A DNA stretch of 51,123 bases from a virus. Taxonomy: Duplodnaviria; Caudoviricetes. The DNA is taken from the IMG/VR virus record IMGVR_UViG_3300023218_000251, positions 1 to 51,123 of that record; one strand, 5' to 3'. This document shows positions 10,217 through 19,716 of the stretch, in pieces. The notes beneath the pieces were generated by a model. The model saw nothing but the letters and a program-made list of their open reading frames with translations. It had not been told where the DNA came from and ran no database searches. The position numbers and the translations under genes are program-made. The stretch's first letter is position 1; the number at the start of each line of letters is the position of its first letter.

Positions 10217-11434
10217 TCAAAATCTATCGATTTGACCACTAATTCCCGCACTGTCGGCCTCCGCCGACCAGCTCGCCTGCGCCTGGACCGTCTGGTCGTT
10301 GCCCTGGGCCGGGTCGGTCGCATCGGTGATCCGCACCCGCTTGAAGCTCACGAGCTGGCGGCGCGTGCCGTCGTCCAGCAGGTAGGCGAGCTTTGTCAGG
10401 TTCTGGTCCTCGTACAGCCGGATCAGGTCCGCGTTCTGCATGAAGACGTTGAACGAGCCGTCGAGGGTCGGCGTCCCGATGCCAATGTCGGGCGGCCCCT
10501 GCTCGCCAATCGCGAAGTCTCGCCGCGTCTGGTTGTTCAGGGTGTGGGCGATCTCCGCCACGCGATCCGAGGTGATGCCGGTGAACGCACCTTCCATAAT
10601 CCAGTTGATGTGATCGACGGCATTGAGCCGGGGGGTCGCCCACTTAACGGTTTCGGAGCCGCCCGTCGACGTCGCCTGCGTCGTGTCCTGGAGCTTGCCG
10701 TCGAACTGGAACACCTCGCTGATGATGCCCTGGGGGTTCGTCGTGCGCTGCCAGCTCTGGACGCGCATCCCGGTGTAGAGCGAGAACTCGACAGGCGAGA
10801 GATCCGTCCGCTGCTTTTCGATGGCCACCGAGCGCTTGACGTTGCCAATGCGCAGCATGGATCCCTTGACCGTGACCGCCTGGTTGGCCTCGGCCGTCAC
10901 CGCATCGCCATTGGACCGGACGCCCTCGCAGGAGAGGTCCGCATCGCTGTTCTTGGCCAGCACGTGCGCGTAGATCGTGCTGTTCGTCCCGAATCCCGAG
11001 ACCTCGATCCACTGGCCCGCCACGACGTCGGCAAACGCATCGGCCGACACGTCGTTGTCGATTAGGTCGAACGTGCCGCCCACGACGCTGGTGATGGAGA
11101 CGTCGGGCTCCGCGTTGTTGATGATCGTCGTCCAGTCGTTCATGTAGGCGCTGGCATAGAGCAGGTCGAAGCCACGTGTGGCTCCGCCGGGAGACGCGAT
11201 GTCGACGGGCGTGACGAGCGACGACTCGACGTTGATCGGACCCTCCGCCGCCTTGTTGATCGGCACCTGGCCGGCGGGCTGGCGGTTGGCGTCGATCTCG
11301 CCGCTCTGAACGAATCCACGGGCGAGCTTCAGCGCCTCGCTGTTGAACCGGAGAAAGTCGAATCCCGCTCCCGGATTCACCCCGAACGTCGCCTCGGGGG
11401 CAATGGCGATCCGAACAGAGCTTGCGTCGCCCAT
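10217..11434 (-). CDS. Major tail tube protein
   Basis: 405 aa, 'IAIAPEATFGVNP...LRFNSEAL...SGEI' N-terminus typical of tube proteins. Confidence 0.85.
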   Translation of the reverse strand: MGDASSVRIAIAPEATFGVNPGAGFDFLRFNSEALKLARGFVQSGEIDANRQPAGQVPINKAAEGPINVESSLVTPVDIASPGGATRGFDLLYASAYMNDWTTIINNAEPDVSITSVVGGTFDLIDNDVSADAFADVVAGQWIEVSGFGTNSTIYAHVLAKNSDADLSCEGVRSNGDAVTAEANQAVTVKGSMLRIGNVKRSVAIEKQRTDLSPVEFSLYTGMRVQSWQRTTNPQGIISEVFQFDGKLQDTTQATSTGGSETVKWATPRLNAVDHINWIMEGAFTGITSDRVAEIAHTLNNQTRRDFAIGEQGPPDIGIGTPTLDGSFNVFMQNADLIRLYEDQNLTKLAYLLDDGTRRQLVSFKRVRITDATDPAQGNDQTVQAQASWSAEADSAGISGQIDRF

Positions 11435-11443
11435 GATTTCACC

Positions 11444-11899
11444 TCATGCGGGTAGATGGTCGAATACGAACGGCACGCTCAGCGTGACGCCGAACCAGCG
11501 GTTGTCAGGGGTCGCACCGCGCCCCAGCACCTCGAGCTCCCGAAAGTGCGCCTCTCCGATTCGCTGCCGCTGGAGCACCTGGCCCAGCGCATTCGCAATG
11601 TCCTGGAGGCGGCTGGTTCCCGATCCGATCGGAACGAACACCTGCACCTGGAGACGGCCGGTCTGCTCCGAAGGCGTGCCCGGACCGCCGATCTCCTGGA
11701 GGCTTGCGTCGCCCAAGGCCAGCGAGAACCGCACCCACTCGCTGTTCGCGGCCCCCGGCTTGTTGACGGGCGTTGCCGTCCCCAGCTTTTGGCCGAGCGC
11801 CAGATCGTTCTCCCACAGGATCTGAGACCCGACCTCCGTGAACTGGGCCGTTACGTGGGCGCGCACCGCGCTCTCGAACGCGGGCCAGGTCGTCGGCAT
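11444..11899 (-). CDS. Tail terminator protein
   Basis: 'ILWEN...WVRFSL...GRLQVQVFVPIGSG' DUF4128-like; synteny. Confidence 0.75.
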   Translation of the reverse strand: MPTTWPAFESAVRAHVTAQFTEVGSQILWENDLALGQKLGTATPVNKPGAANSEWVRFSLALGDASLQEIGGPGTPSEQTGRLQVQVFVPIGSGTSRLQDIANALGQVLQRQRIGEAHFRELEVLGRGATPDNRWFGVTLSVPFVFDHLPA

Positions 11900-12361
11900 C
11901 TACCGCAGCCTGGGGTCGTCGCGTACCGAGAGCCGGCGGATCGACTGTTCGTAGGTGTCCTGGGCCGCGGCGAGCCAGGGCCGGGGCGCCGCCTGGTCGG
12001 TCCCATCGTGCACGAAGCTCGCGTAGAAGCGTTGGTTCAAGATCGTGTCGAGCTGGAAGGGCTCGACGGTCTGGAGGGCCGCCCGCGCCTGGCTGACATT
12101 GGGCTCGGCGATCGACGGGCCGCCCGGCGTGCTCGGGATACGACGATCGGGACCCACGCGCCCGGCCGGCTCGAAGATCAGGGCGCCGGCCGAGAGCAGG
12201 ACGTTTTCCGCCCGCAGCGCCCCGGTATCGACGGGCGTCCGGCGGACCGCCGTCTCGTAGGCGTCGCCCAGCGCCCCGGCGTGGAGGTCGCGGACGACGA
12301 GCGGCACGTCGCGCTCGATGCGCTGGAGGTCGGCGACGAAGCCCTGAACGTCGGTCGTCAT
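11900..12361 (-). CDS. HK97 gp10-like tail completion/neck protein
   Basis: 'TPVDTGALR...YASFVHDGT..AAPRPWL' motif. Confidence 0.85.
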   Translation of the reverse strand: MTTDVQGFVADLQRIERDVPLVVRDLHAGALGDAYETAVRRTPVDTGALRAENVLLSAGALIFEPAGRVGPDRRIPSTPGGPSIAEPNVSQARAALQTVEPFQLDTILNQRFYASFVHDGTDQAAPRPWLAAAQDTYEQSIRRLSVRDDPRLR

Positions 12362-12735
12362 GCGCTCTGTACCACCAGCTCATAGAGCACGTCGCCCCCC
12401 TCCGCGCGGTGGCTTCGCACCCGGGCAATCTGCTGGGGGACGTTCGCCTCCACCAGCCACCACCGGCCGGCCTCCGGCCGCTCGGGATCGGCGGCCCACC
12501 GGCTGAAGTCGGACCAGAAGCTCCCGTCGTCCCAATCGCTGCCCGCCGCCAGGTCGAACGCCGCGATCCACGCGGTGCGGTCGGTCGCCCGAATCGTGAT
12601 GCCGTCCACCAGCCGCTGGTCGACGGGTACGAGCACGCCGGCCACCGGGTGGTCTTCGTCCTGCGGGTCGCGCAGGGCCAACGTCTCGCCCTCCGCCTCC
12701 AGCAGCTCCGCCACCATCCGCCCCAGCTCCCCCAC
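12358..12735 (-). CDS. Head closure / head-tail adaptor
   Basis: Synteny; 'LVDGITIRATDR' motif. Confidence 0.65.
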   Translation of the reverse strand: MGELGRMVAELLEAEGETLALRDPQDEDHPVAGVLVPVDQRLVDGITIRATDRTAWIAAFDLAAGSDWDDGSFWSDFSRWAADPERPEAGRWWLVEANVPQQIARVRSHRAEGGDVLYELVVQSA

Positions 12736-12738
12736 CGT

Positions 12739-13113
12739 CTAGGCCAGCGGCCTCAGCACGCGGAGCACCGCTCGGGCGGGCGCCGAGAGCCGGGCGAGCG
12801 TCCCGCTCGTATCGAGCGCGATCGCCATGCGTCCCCACTCGGTCTCGCGCAGTCCATCGCGCGCCTGGGCCGATCGGATCTGGACGCGCACGGGGGGCGC
12901 CTCGCGGACCGATGCGCGCAGCGTCCGGTCGCGCAGGGCCACAACGTGCGCCGCGAGCCACTTCTCGATCTCGTCGAGGCGCGAGGCGGACAGACCGGCC
13001 CCCGCCAGGTCGCCGGAGCGGATCTCGGCCGCCACCGGGAGCAGCGCGTTGATGGCGTCCTGAGAGAGCCTCGTGCCCGTCAGCGCCTGCACCTGGGCGG
13101 CCGTCACGGACAT
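12739..13113 (-). CDS. Head-tail connector protein
   Basis: 'IEKWLAAH...GLRETEWGRMAIALDTSGTL' connector-like motif; synteny. Confidence 0.7.
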   Translation of the reverse strand: MSVTAAQVQALTGTRLSQDAINALLPVAAEIRSGDLAGAGLSASRLDEIEKWLAAHVVALRDRTLRASVREAPPVRVQIRSAQARDGLRETEWGRMAIALDTSGTLARLSAPARAVLRVLRPLA

Positions 13114-13119
13114 CCGGCG

Positions 13120-13329
13120 CTACTCCTCCGTGCCCGCGATCCGCTGAGGTCGGGGCGGGGCAGGAGCGGAGGAGCCGCCGCTCGCCTTCTCGAACCGATC
13201 GGCGAACGCCGCGGCCTGCTGCTCCGTGAGCTCCACGACGTCGCCCGTCTGCAGGACCACGGCGCGCTTCTTGCTCTCATCGAATTGCCGGTGGCGTCCC
13301 TCGGGACCCACGTACTTGTACTTGGCCAT
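13120..13329 (-). CDS. Small hypothetical virion-associated protein
   Basis: GGAGG SD; 69 aa; directly after the capsid gene. Confidence 0.65.
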   Translation of the reverse strand: MAKYKYVGPEGRHRQFDESKKRAVVLQTGDVVELTEQQAAAFADRFEKASGGSSAPAPPRPQRIAGTEE

Positions 13330-13372
13330 GCGACCTCCGGGCGAGCCTCAAAAACTCGCCTTCCGATGGGCG

Positions 13373-14365
13373 TTAGGACAGATGGAAGATCCCGCTGCGG
13401 CCCGAGTGCGTGCTCTTCACGAGCGGCACCTGCAGCGCCCAGACCTTCATCTTGGTCTGGAATCCGCCGGTAAGGTCCCAGGTGACGGGCGTGATGCCCT
13501 CGCCGTCGGCGATCGTCACGACGTCCGACGTCGCCTGGACCAGCACCACCTCGCTCGCCGCGAGCTGGTCGGCGATCCGCACGGCGGCCAGCGACTCCAG
13601 CCGCTCGAGCCGCTGGCGGACCGTGAGGTCCGAGTTGCTCTTGAAGTCCTCGTCCAGCGTGCGCTCGAAGTTCGACGGGACGTAGAGCCAGTAGGGGCCG
13701 AAGAACCGATCGGCGCGGAGCCCGTCCATCATGAACAGCACGTCCTCCAGCACGTCTTCGCCCGTCTTCGCCGCCTGGTCCCACGCCCCGTTGGTCTGGA
13801 AGGTCCCGGTGTTGCGGTTGGGATGGGTGCGGTAGCCGGGCGAGGCGTTGCCGCCGAAGGTCGGGCCGCCATTGAGCAGCGCGTCCTCCAGCGACTCCGC
13901 GACCCGCCGCGCTGCCTGCTCGGCGTTCGTCGTGTCGAGCGGCTCGCCGCGGCTGCGCGAAGCCTCCAGGTGGCGAAGGTCGATGTCGAAGTCGACGTGG
14001 GTGATGAAGTTGGGGAACGTCACCCGCTGGAAGTCGGGCGTGTCGCTCGACGTGCGGGCCACCCCGCTCATCGACCGCTCGGCGGCGAACGCATCGGAGA
14101 CCTGCTCCACCTGGATCTCGGTCACGCCCAGCGGGTTGTCGACGGGCAGCACCAGCCCGGCTTCCAGCACGTCGGCGAACGCCACAAGCCGCTGGAGTCC
14201 TTCGCGGACCAGCGTCTCGTCGAGCCTCTGCCACTCGTCCTTGCGAAGGACGTCGTTGGTCCGCAGGGCGGCGCTCGAAAGCCCGGCCTGGCGGAACCGC
14301 TGGCCCGCCCACAGGCCGGGAGAGGCGCTGTGGATCATCTGCGGGGGAGTCTGGATCGGCGTCAT
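13373..14365 (-). CDS. Major capsid protein (HK97 fold, encapsulin/linocin-like family)
   Basis: 'LRKDEWQRLDE...DFDIDLRHLEASR...PLDTT...GYRTHPNR...FGPYWLYVP'; AGGAG SD before MTPIQ. Confidence 0.9.
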   Translation of the reverse strand: MTPIQTPPQMIHSASPGLWAGQRFRQAGLSSAALRTNDVLRKDEWQRLDETLVREGLQRLVAFADVLEAGLVLPVDNPLGVTEIQVEQVSDAFAAERSMSGVARTSSDTPDFQRVTFPNFITHVDFDIDLRHLEASRSRGEPLDTTNAEQAARRVAESLEDALLNGGPTFGGNASPGYRTHPNRNTGTFQTNGAWDQAAKTGEDVLEDVLFMMDGLRADRFFGPYWLYVPSNFERTLDEDFKSNSDLTVRQRLERLESLAAVRIADQLAASEVVLVQATSDVVTIADGEGITPVTWDLTGGFQTKMKVWALQVPLVKSTHSGRSGIFHLS

Positions 14366-14440
14366 GATCGTGGCTCCTACGAAAACGGCCCCCCCGCGCA
14401 AGCGAGAAGGCCGAGAGGAAAGAACGCGCAGCGACGGTCG

Positions 14441-14896
14441 CTACGCGATGTCGATGGCGATGCGCGCCTCCGCGCCACCCCCCGAGTTGTCGACGGCCTC
14501 GGCGGCATAGCCGACCACCGAATCCCGCTGGGCTTCGCTCGTCGCCGCGCTCGAGGCCAGCGCTCGGACCGTACCGTCGCCCGCCGACTCGACGGGCGCC
14601 CCCTTGGCGATGGCGGCGGCGGCCGCGGCGACCAGGGCGTGGATGCGAACCCCGCCGTGGGCGCGGACGAGCCGGACGCGATCGTTCGTGGAGAACGCGT
14701 CGCCGATCGCCTGGTTGCGCTCCGGCAGGTTGGCCGCGAACAGCTTCTGGGCGTTGCCCGCCGCCACCGAGTGCTTGACGATGTTGCCCGAGCCGTCGAA
14801 GGCCACGAGGTGGCCGGGCGTGATGGTCTCGGCGGCCGTCTGGGTGTCGTCGAGGGTCGGGTCGCCCCGGAGGACGATGACGTTCTGGCTTCCCAC
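14441..14896 (-). CDS. Capsid decoration/cement protein
   Basis: 151 aa, Ala-rich, 'AETITPGHLV...VESAGDGT...AAEAVDNS'; between protease and capsid genes. Confidence 0.75.
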   Translation of the reverse strand: MGSQNVIVLRGDPTLDDTQTAAETITPGHLVAFDGSGNIVKHSVAAGNAQKLFAANLPERNQAIGDAFSTNDRVRLVRAHGGVRIHALVAAAAAAIAKGAPVESAGDGTVRALASSAATSEAQRDSVVGYAAEAVDNSGGGAEARIAIDIA

Positions 14897-14923
14897 AGGA
14901 CTTCCTCCTTCGCGCGCCCCGGG

Positions 14924-17026
14924 CTAGGCCCGGGCCTCGCGCCGGTTGCGGATCTGATCGCGCAGGCTGAGCGTGGCGGGCACAGCCTCCTCGTCGGGCG
15001 GCACGGCGTTCGCCGCGAAATCGGCCGGCGGCTCGTCGAGCTTCATGGCGGCCACGAGCTTCTGGAGCTGCGCGATCTCCATGGCCTCGAGCTCCTCGCG
15101 CGACCAGGGCGATCCCTCGGCCGCCTCGACCTTTTGGACGAGCGCCGCGTGGCGCGCCTGCCGCTCGGCCTTTGCCTCGTCCAGGATCCGACGATCGTCG
15201 GCCGAGAGCGTCTGGACCGTGGCGTCGTAAACCCGCAAGCCCAGCCGCTCGGCTGCCGCCTCGAGGTCGTTTCGGCTCATGAGAACCTCCTTGTCGGGAC
15301 GCACCGCCTGGCTCTTGCATCGACAGTTGGGCAGCAGCGCTGCGCGTCGTTCGGTCGGAATCTTCGAGAGCCACATTCGATCGGCGTCTTCCAGCTCGAG
15401 CAGCGGATGGGCGATCAGCGCCTCCACGTTCTGCGACGCGTCGGCAACGGCACACCCGTCGGCTTCGGCCGCCCCAAAGATCCGCTCCTGTGTGAGATCC
15501 AGGACGCGAGCGAAGCCCTCGAGACGCGGAACCGGAGGGCAGTCGATCTCGCCGCGCAGAATCTGGTTGACGGTGCTGACCGAGATGGTTCCAACGCCAC
15601 GCGCCTCCCCCGAGTTGTCGGCCATTTCCTGGATCAACTCGCCACGACGGTCGTCGTCCCCGTCGGCCAGTTCGTCGAGCCGCTCGTTCAGCAGTCGCGC
15701 GAGGTTCTCCCCGCACGCGCGCAAACGCTTTTTTCTTTCCACGCTCATTTCCTTTCTCCGTTGGGTTTGGCTCTCGGGCTCGTCCCCGAACTCGCTCTCC
15801 AGCAGCCGCCGGGCCATCGCCTGCGCCGAGTCGCGGGCGGCTTGGGGAATGTCCGCTTGGGACCCACGGCCGCCGAGCACCGCCTGGAGCGCGTTGCGAT
15901 TGAGGCGGCCGGTGCTTGGGCGCACGACGGGGAAGAACGAGAGATTTCGGAAGTCGTCGGCCTCGGCCTCGCCCAACAGCGTGTGGCTCGCGATCCGACG
16001 CTTGAGATCCGAAGAGAGCGCGTCGACCGAGGTCGGCGGGTCGTCGCCCTCGAAGAGCGCCTCGACGTAGTCCGCGAGCGAGGGCGCCGTCCACTCGGTG
16101 GTCTCGGTCCCGTCGAACGTCGGCCTCCGCGCCTCGCTCCGGACTGCCGCCTGGAGCGCGGCGCGCGGCGTTCCGCACCCGTCCTCCCACGAGCAGGCGC
16201 CCATCTCGTCCGGGCCCAGAATCGCGATGTGGTCGGGCTTGACGCCGCGCTCGATCGCCTCGTAGGGCTCGCCCCCGAACGTGCCGTGGGCCTCCGCCCG
16301 CTGCGTCCAGGCGCCGACCGACACCTCGGTCCGCTCGCCGCGCTCGACGGCCTCGATCGTCGCCCGCGCCTCGGCCTCTTCCGCCTTCCGCAGATTGATG
16401 AAGAGATCGGCCAGCAGCTTTCCGTTCTCGCCCCGGGCGTGGAAGACGCGGCCGATCTCCACCCGATCGGCAATCGCCCGGTCGTTCGCCGAGACCTTGA
16501 TCCCATCGATCTCGGGATGGCGGAACGTCACGGGCCGCCCGTTCCACGCCTCGGGCGGCGCCAAAAACTCCTCGGCCAGCCAGAGCGTGGGCACCGGGCT
16601 ATTGCTCGCGTGGTGGACGCCCTCGACCATCGCCACCACAGGCAGCACCACGTGCTCCTCGCCCCCGAACGTCTCGCGGCGGATGCGGTCGGTCGCCACC
16701 TCGCCCCGAAGCGTGGCGAGGCCGTCGGGCGCCGCATTCCAAGCGCCGATCGGCTCGTAGGCGACCTCTTCGGACTCATCGCGGTGCACCCGATAGACGC
16801 CGATCGTCGTTCCAGGCGCCTCCCGGGCTCTTTGCCGAGCGGTCTCGCAGGCCACGCCGCGCTTGGTGGGACGCTCGATGATCTTTGGTCCGTCCGTCCC
16901 CATGCGGACGACGGCAAAGCCCGAAGTCTCGATGGAGCGGCCGCTCTCCCACGGACGCATTTCTACTGCCTTTTCAACGTCCGCCACGAGCCAGGGAGCG
17001 GGCGTCGCAAGTCGTCGCACGCTCAT
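14924..17026 (-). CDS. Prohead protease (DUF2213-like) fused to an XRE-type HTH and a scaffold region
   Basis: 'WNGRPVTFRHP...EVSVG...PDHIAIL...GACSWEDGCG' protease motifs; ATGA overlap with the portal gene; internal SD+ATG at 15748 and 15280. Confidence 0.85.
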   Translation of the reverse strand: MSVRRLATPAPWLVADVEKAVEMRPWESGRSIETSGFAVVRMGTDGPKIIERPTKRGVACETARQRAREAPGTTIGVYRVHRDESEEVAYEPIGAWNAAPDGLATLRGEVATDRIRRETFGGEEHVVLPVVAMVEGVHHASNSPVPTLWLAEEFLAPPEAWNGRPVTFRHPEIDGIKVSANDRAIADRVEIGRVFHARGENGKLLADLFINLRKAEEAEARATIEAVERGERTEVSVGAWTQRAEAHGTFGGEPYEAIERGVKPDHIAILGPDEMGACSWEDGCGTPRAALQAAVRSEARRPTFDGTETTEWTAPSLADYVEALFEGDDPPTSVDALSSDLKRRIASHTLLGEAEADDFRNLSFFPVVRPSTGRLNRNALQAVLGGRGSQADIPQAARDSAQAMARRLLESEFGDEPESQTQRRKEMSVERKKRLRACGENLARLLNERLDELADGDDDRRGELIQEMADNSGEARGVGTISVSTVNQILRGEIDCPPVPRLEGFARVLDLTQERIFGAAEADGCAVADASQNVEALIAHPLLELEDADRMWLSKIPTERRAALLPNCRCKSQAVRPDKEVLMSRNDLEAAAERLGLRVYDATVQTLSADDRRILDEAKAERQARHAALVQKVEAAEGSPWSREELEAMEIAQLQKLVAAMKLDEPPADFAANAVPPDEEAVPATLSLRDQIRNRREARA

Positions 17027-18336
17027 GCGTCCGGCTTCTCCTCCGGCAGACGGAACATGCGCCGCCATTCGCTCTGGGCGAGCGGCGCCCGGCCCGTGGC
17101 CTGTGCAAACCCCGCGGCGGCCCGCGAGATGCGCTGCATGATGCCCGAGAGCTCGGAGAGCCCGAGCGTGTCGAGCCCGCCCCAGGCCACCTCGAACTCG
17201 TCGGACTGCGGCGGAGGGAGCACCCCGAGGTCCACGGCCCGCGCCACGAACGGACGCAGCACACAGGGCTCGGCAAATCCCACCTGCCGCTCGGCGATCC
17301 GATCGGCGAAGTTGGCCCGGTCCTGGCTCGACGCGAGCTGGCCGCGCTCCGAGCCCAGAAGAATCCTCTGCGGGATCCCGGTCGCCCCAGCGATCAGGCT
17401 GAGGATCACTTCAAAGGAGCCCCTCGGGTCGATCGCCTCGGACCCGAGCACATTGGCCCGCCCTCCGGCCAGCCGCAGATATCGCTGGAGGTTGTGGACG
17501 TAGCGCTTCACCTCGTCGTCGAGCGCCTCGAGGTTGTCCTTGTCGAGGTCCGCGTCCTTGTCGAGCTCGATGGCAATGCCGCGATCGTGGGTCAGCCACG
17601 CGCTCTCGCCGGCCGAGATCACCACCTTGTCCAGATCGTCGAGCAAATTCCACACGGGCTGAAGGCGCGGCGTGCCCCGCACGTCGTCCTCCAGCGCGTC
17701 CTCCGCCACATGGATTACCCGGCTGTGGTGGACGGGGACGGTGCGCGTGCGAACGGCGCGCTCTCCCACGTCCGCGAGATCAAGGTGGTAGGTCTCGGGT
17801 AGGCCGAAGCGCGGATCGCGCCGGTCCCGGACCCGGCGGTGGATGCGGACACAGTCCTCGCCGAACGCCCGGACGAACAGCAGATTCCGGGCTTCGCGCA
17901 GGCGGCCGGGGAGCGGCTCGGCCAGCGACCGGCCGTCGCGCACGCCGAGCAGGAGCACCGCGAACTCGCCGAGCCCCGCAAGGCGATCCGCCTGCTCGAA
18001 GCGCTTGCCGAGATCCAGCCGTCGGGCCAGGTCGCGCCAGGCCCGGACAAAGGCGGTCTCGGCTCCGGTCTCCGGCGCATCGACCAGCTCCGGAAACTTC
18101 CGCCACGTGGCGCGGGCCGGAGCATCGACGATCCGCTTGGCCAAACCGTTGCGGCAGTAGCGGGACCGAAAGTCCTCGAAGCGCAGCGTGCGCTTGTAGC
18201 CGCCTGTGCGAAAGAGATCGCGCTCGCCGCCAAACGTTTTGCCCGCAATGGCCGCAAAGTTCTTGCGATCGATCAAGACGTCGGCCGCCTGGCTCAGTGC
18301 GCGGAGCTCTCCGAGGCCGACGTGGCCGTTGCTCAC
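17023..18336 (-). CDS. Portal protein (DUF1073-like)
   Basis: 'RNGLAKRIVDAPA..TW', 'VHHSRVIH', 'ATGIPQRILLGSERG' motifs; follows terL. Confidence 0.88.
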   Translation of the reverse strand: MSNGHVGLGELRALSQAADVLIDRKNFAAIAGKTFGGERDLFRTGGYKRTLRFEDFRSRYCRNGLAKRIVDAPARATWRKFPELVDAPETGAETAFVRAWRDLARRLDLGKRFEQADRLAGLGEFAVLLLGVRDGRSLAEPLPGRLREARNLLFVRAFGEDCVRIHRRVRDRRDPRFGLPETYHLDLADVGERAVRTRTVPVHHSRVIHVAEDALEDDVRGTPRLQPVWNLLDDLDKVVISAGESAWLTHDRGIAIELDKDADLDKDNLEALDDEVKRYVHNLQRYLRLAGGRANVLGSEAIDPRGSFEVILSLIAGATGIPQRILLGSERGQLASSQDRANFADRIAERQVGFAEPCVLRPFVARAVDLGVLPPPQSDEFEVAWGGLDTLGLSELSGIMQRISRAAAGFAQATGRAPLAQSEWRRMFRLPEEKPDA

Positions 18337-19716
18337 CTACCGGCCCCACGTGAGGCGGCCGAGGCCGCGGCGGGCAAACACCAGCTCGTGGACCGCCCAG
18401 ATCCAGGCTTCGGCCCGGTCGGGCGAGCCGCTGCGGCCGTAGCCGGCGAAGGAGAATCCCAGCATCTGGTCCTCGAGCTCCGGATACTCGCCCACATGGT
18501 GGGCGCGGTTCTGGGCATAGAGGGCGGCCACGGGCTCGGCGCGCACCGTCTTGCCCCGGGTGGCCGTCACGAGCTTGACGGGGAGCGCCTCGTTCTGCGT
18601 CTGAAGCGTCTGCCGCACCATGTCGCCGCCCATGTTCTTCTCGGCCACCACCCGATCGGCGTCGTACTCGGCGAAAAGCTGGCAGACCCGCTCGGCCCAC
18701 GCGCTCGGCGCGAGCTTGGCGCTGGCATCCCGCAGCAGGTAGACATGGCCATCGAAGCCCAGGCCGGCGACGGCGATCCCCGTCTCGTCGGCCCGCTGCC
18801 CCGTGCTGGCCGCCGGATCGACCCCCACCACCACCCGCTGGAGCTTGGAGGGGACCTCGACCCGTGTCCGCGCGATCTCCTCGTACTGGACAAGCGCCCC
18901 TTCCACGCCCTCCAGAAACTCGCCCAGCAGCTCCTGCTTCTCGAGCCGCGTTCCCTTGTAGCGTGCGACCACCTCCTGGTAGCCAGCTCCCAGGTTGTGG
19001 AGGTTGTCGTAGGTCGTGGCCTTGGTGATGACCACGCCCTCGCGGCTCCGAAACTCGCGCAGCCAGCCGACCGGCCGGGGGGTGGATGTGGCGACGGCCC
19101 GCGCGTCGCGCCCCCCGGAAAGCCCCATCAGCAGGTTGTCGACGGCCTCCGGCCCGGGAAACGCCGCTACCTCGTCGATCCACGCCGTGTCGTGCTGGTG
19201 GCCGCGCGGCTCCTCGGGCTGCTGTGCGGAGAAGCCGCGGGCCGTCGCGGCCTCGCCGCCCACCACGATCCGCGCGGAGCCCGCCCGCGCCCGGGGCCGC
19301 GGCCACGTCACGCGCCGGCGCGTCGGCTCGTAGTAGGGCTTGAACCAGGGCTTGGCGGTGGCGAGCAGCCCGGACTCGCCTTCGATCATCACATCCCGCA
19401 CGTCGGCCGGCGTCCGTCCGAGAAGCCCGATGCGCTGCGCCTCGCGCCGCTCGACCCGCCGGTGGATCCACTCGCTGGCCGCGCGCGTCTTGCCCGCCCG
19501 CCTTCCGGCCTCCATGTACCAGACACGCCACCCGCCGGCCGGCGGAAGCTGGTCGTCGCGCGCATAGAGCTCCCAGGCGTAGAGCAACCGGAGCTTGTCA
19601 GTGAACGGGAGGCTTCGGAGCGCCGCGTGTCTCTTGCGCCGGGGGAGCGTCGCCAGCTCGCCCAGCCAGGCTTTCCAGAACCCGGTCGAGGCGCTCGATG
19701 AGCTCGGCATCGACAT
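18337..19716 (-). CDS. terL: Terminase large subunit
   Basis: Walker A 'AGRRAGKT', Walker B 'AWIDE', nuclease 'VVGVDPA...DETGI', C-terminal 'SPDRAEA'. Confidence 0.95.
   Translation of the reverse strand: MSMPSSSSASTGFWKAWLGELATLPRRKRHAALRSLPFTDKLRLLYAWELYARDDQLPPAGGWRVWYMEAGRRAGKTRAASEWIHRRVERREAQRIGLLGRTPADVRDVMIEGESGLLATAKPWFKPYYEPTRRRVTWPRPRARAGSARIVVGGEAATARGFSAQQPEEPRGHQHDTAWIDEVAAFPGPEAVDNLLMGLSGGRDARAVATSTPRPVGWLREFRSREGVVITKATTYDNLHNLGAGYQEVVARYKGTRLEKQELLGEFLEGVEGALVQYEEIARTRVEVPSKLQRVVVGVDPAASTGQRADETGIAVAGLGFDGHVYLLRDASAKLAPSAWAERVCQLFAEYDADRVVAEKNMGGDMVRQTLQTQNEALPVKLVTATRGKTVRAEPVAALYAQNRAHHVGEYPELEDQMLGFSFAGYGRSGSPDRAEAWIWAVHELVFARRGLGRLTWGR

Noticed and set aside
13373-14365. 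Encapsulin/bacteriocin nanocompartment
   Set aside because: The context (portal, protease, head-tail genes) shows it is the phage major capsid protein.
13104-17503. Very long alternative ORFs (13226-17503 +, 13104-16547 -, also 6154-8997 + and 17839-19701 +)
   Set aside because: Shadow frames of real high-GC structural genes; Arg/Pro/Gly-rich with no motifs or RBS.
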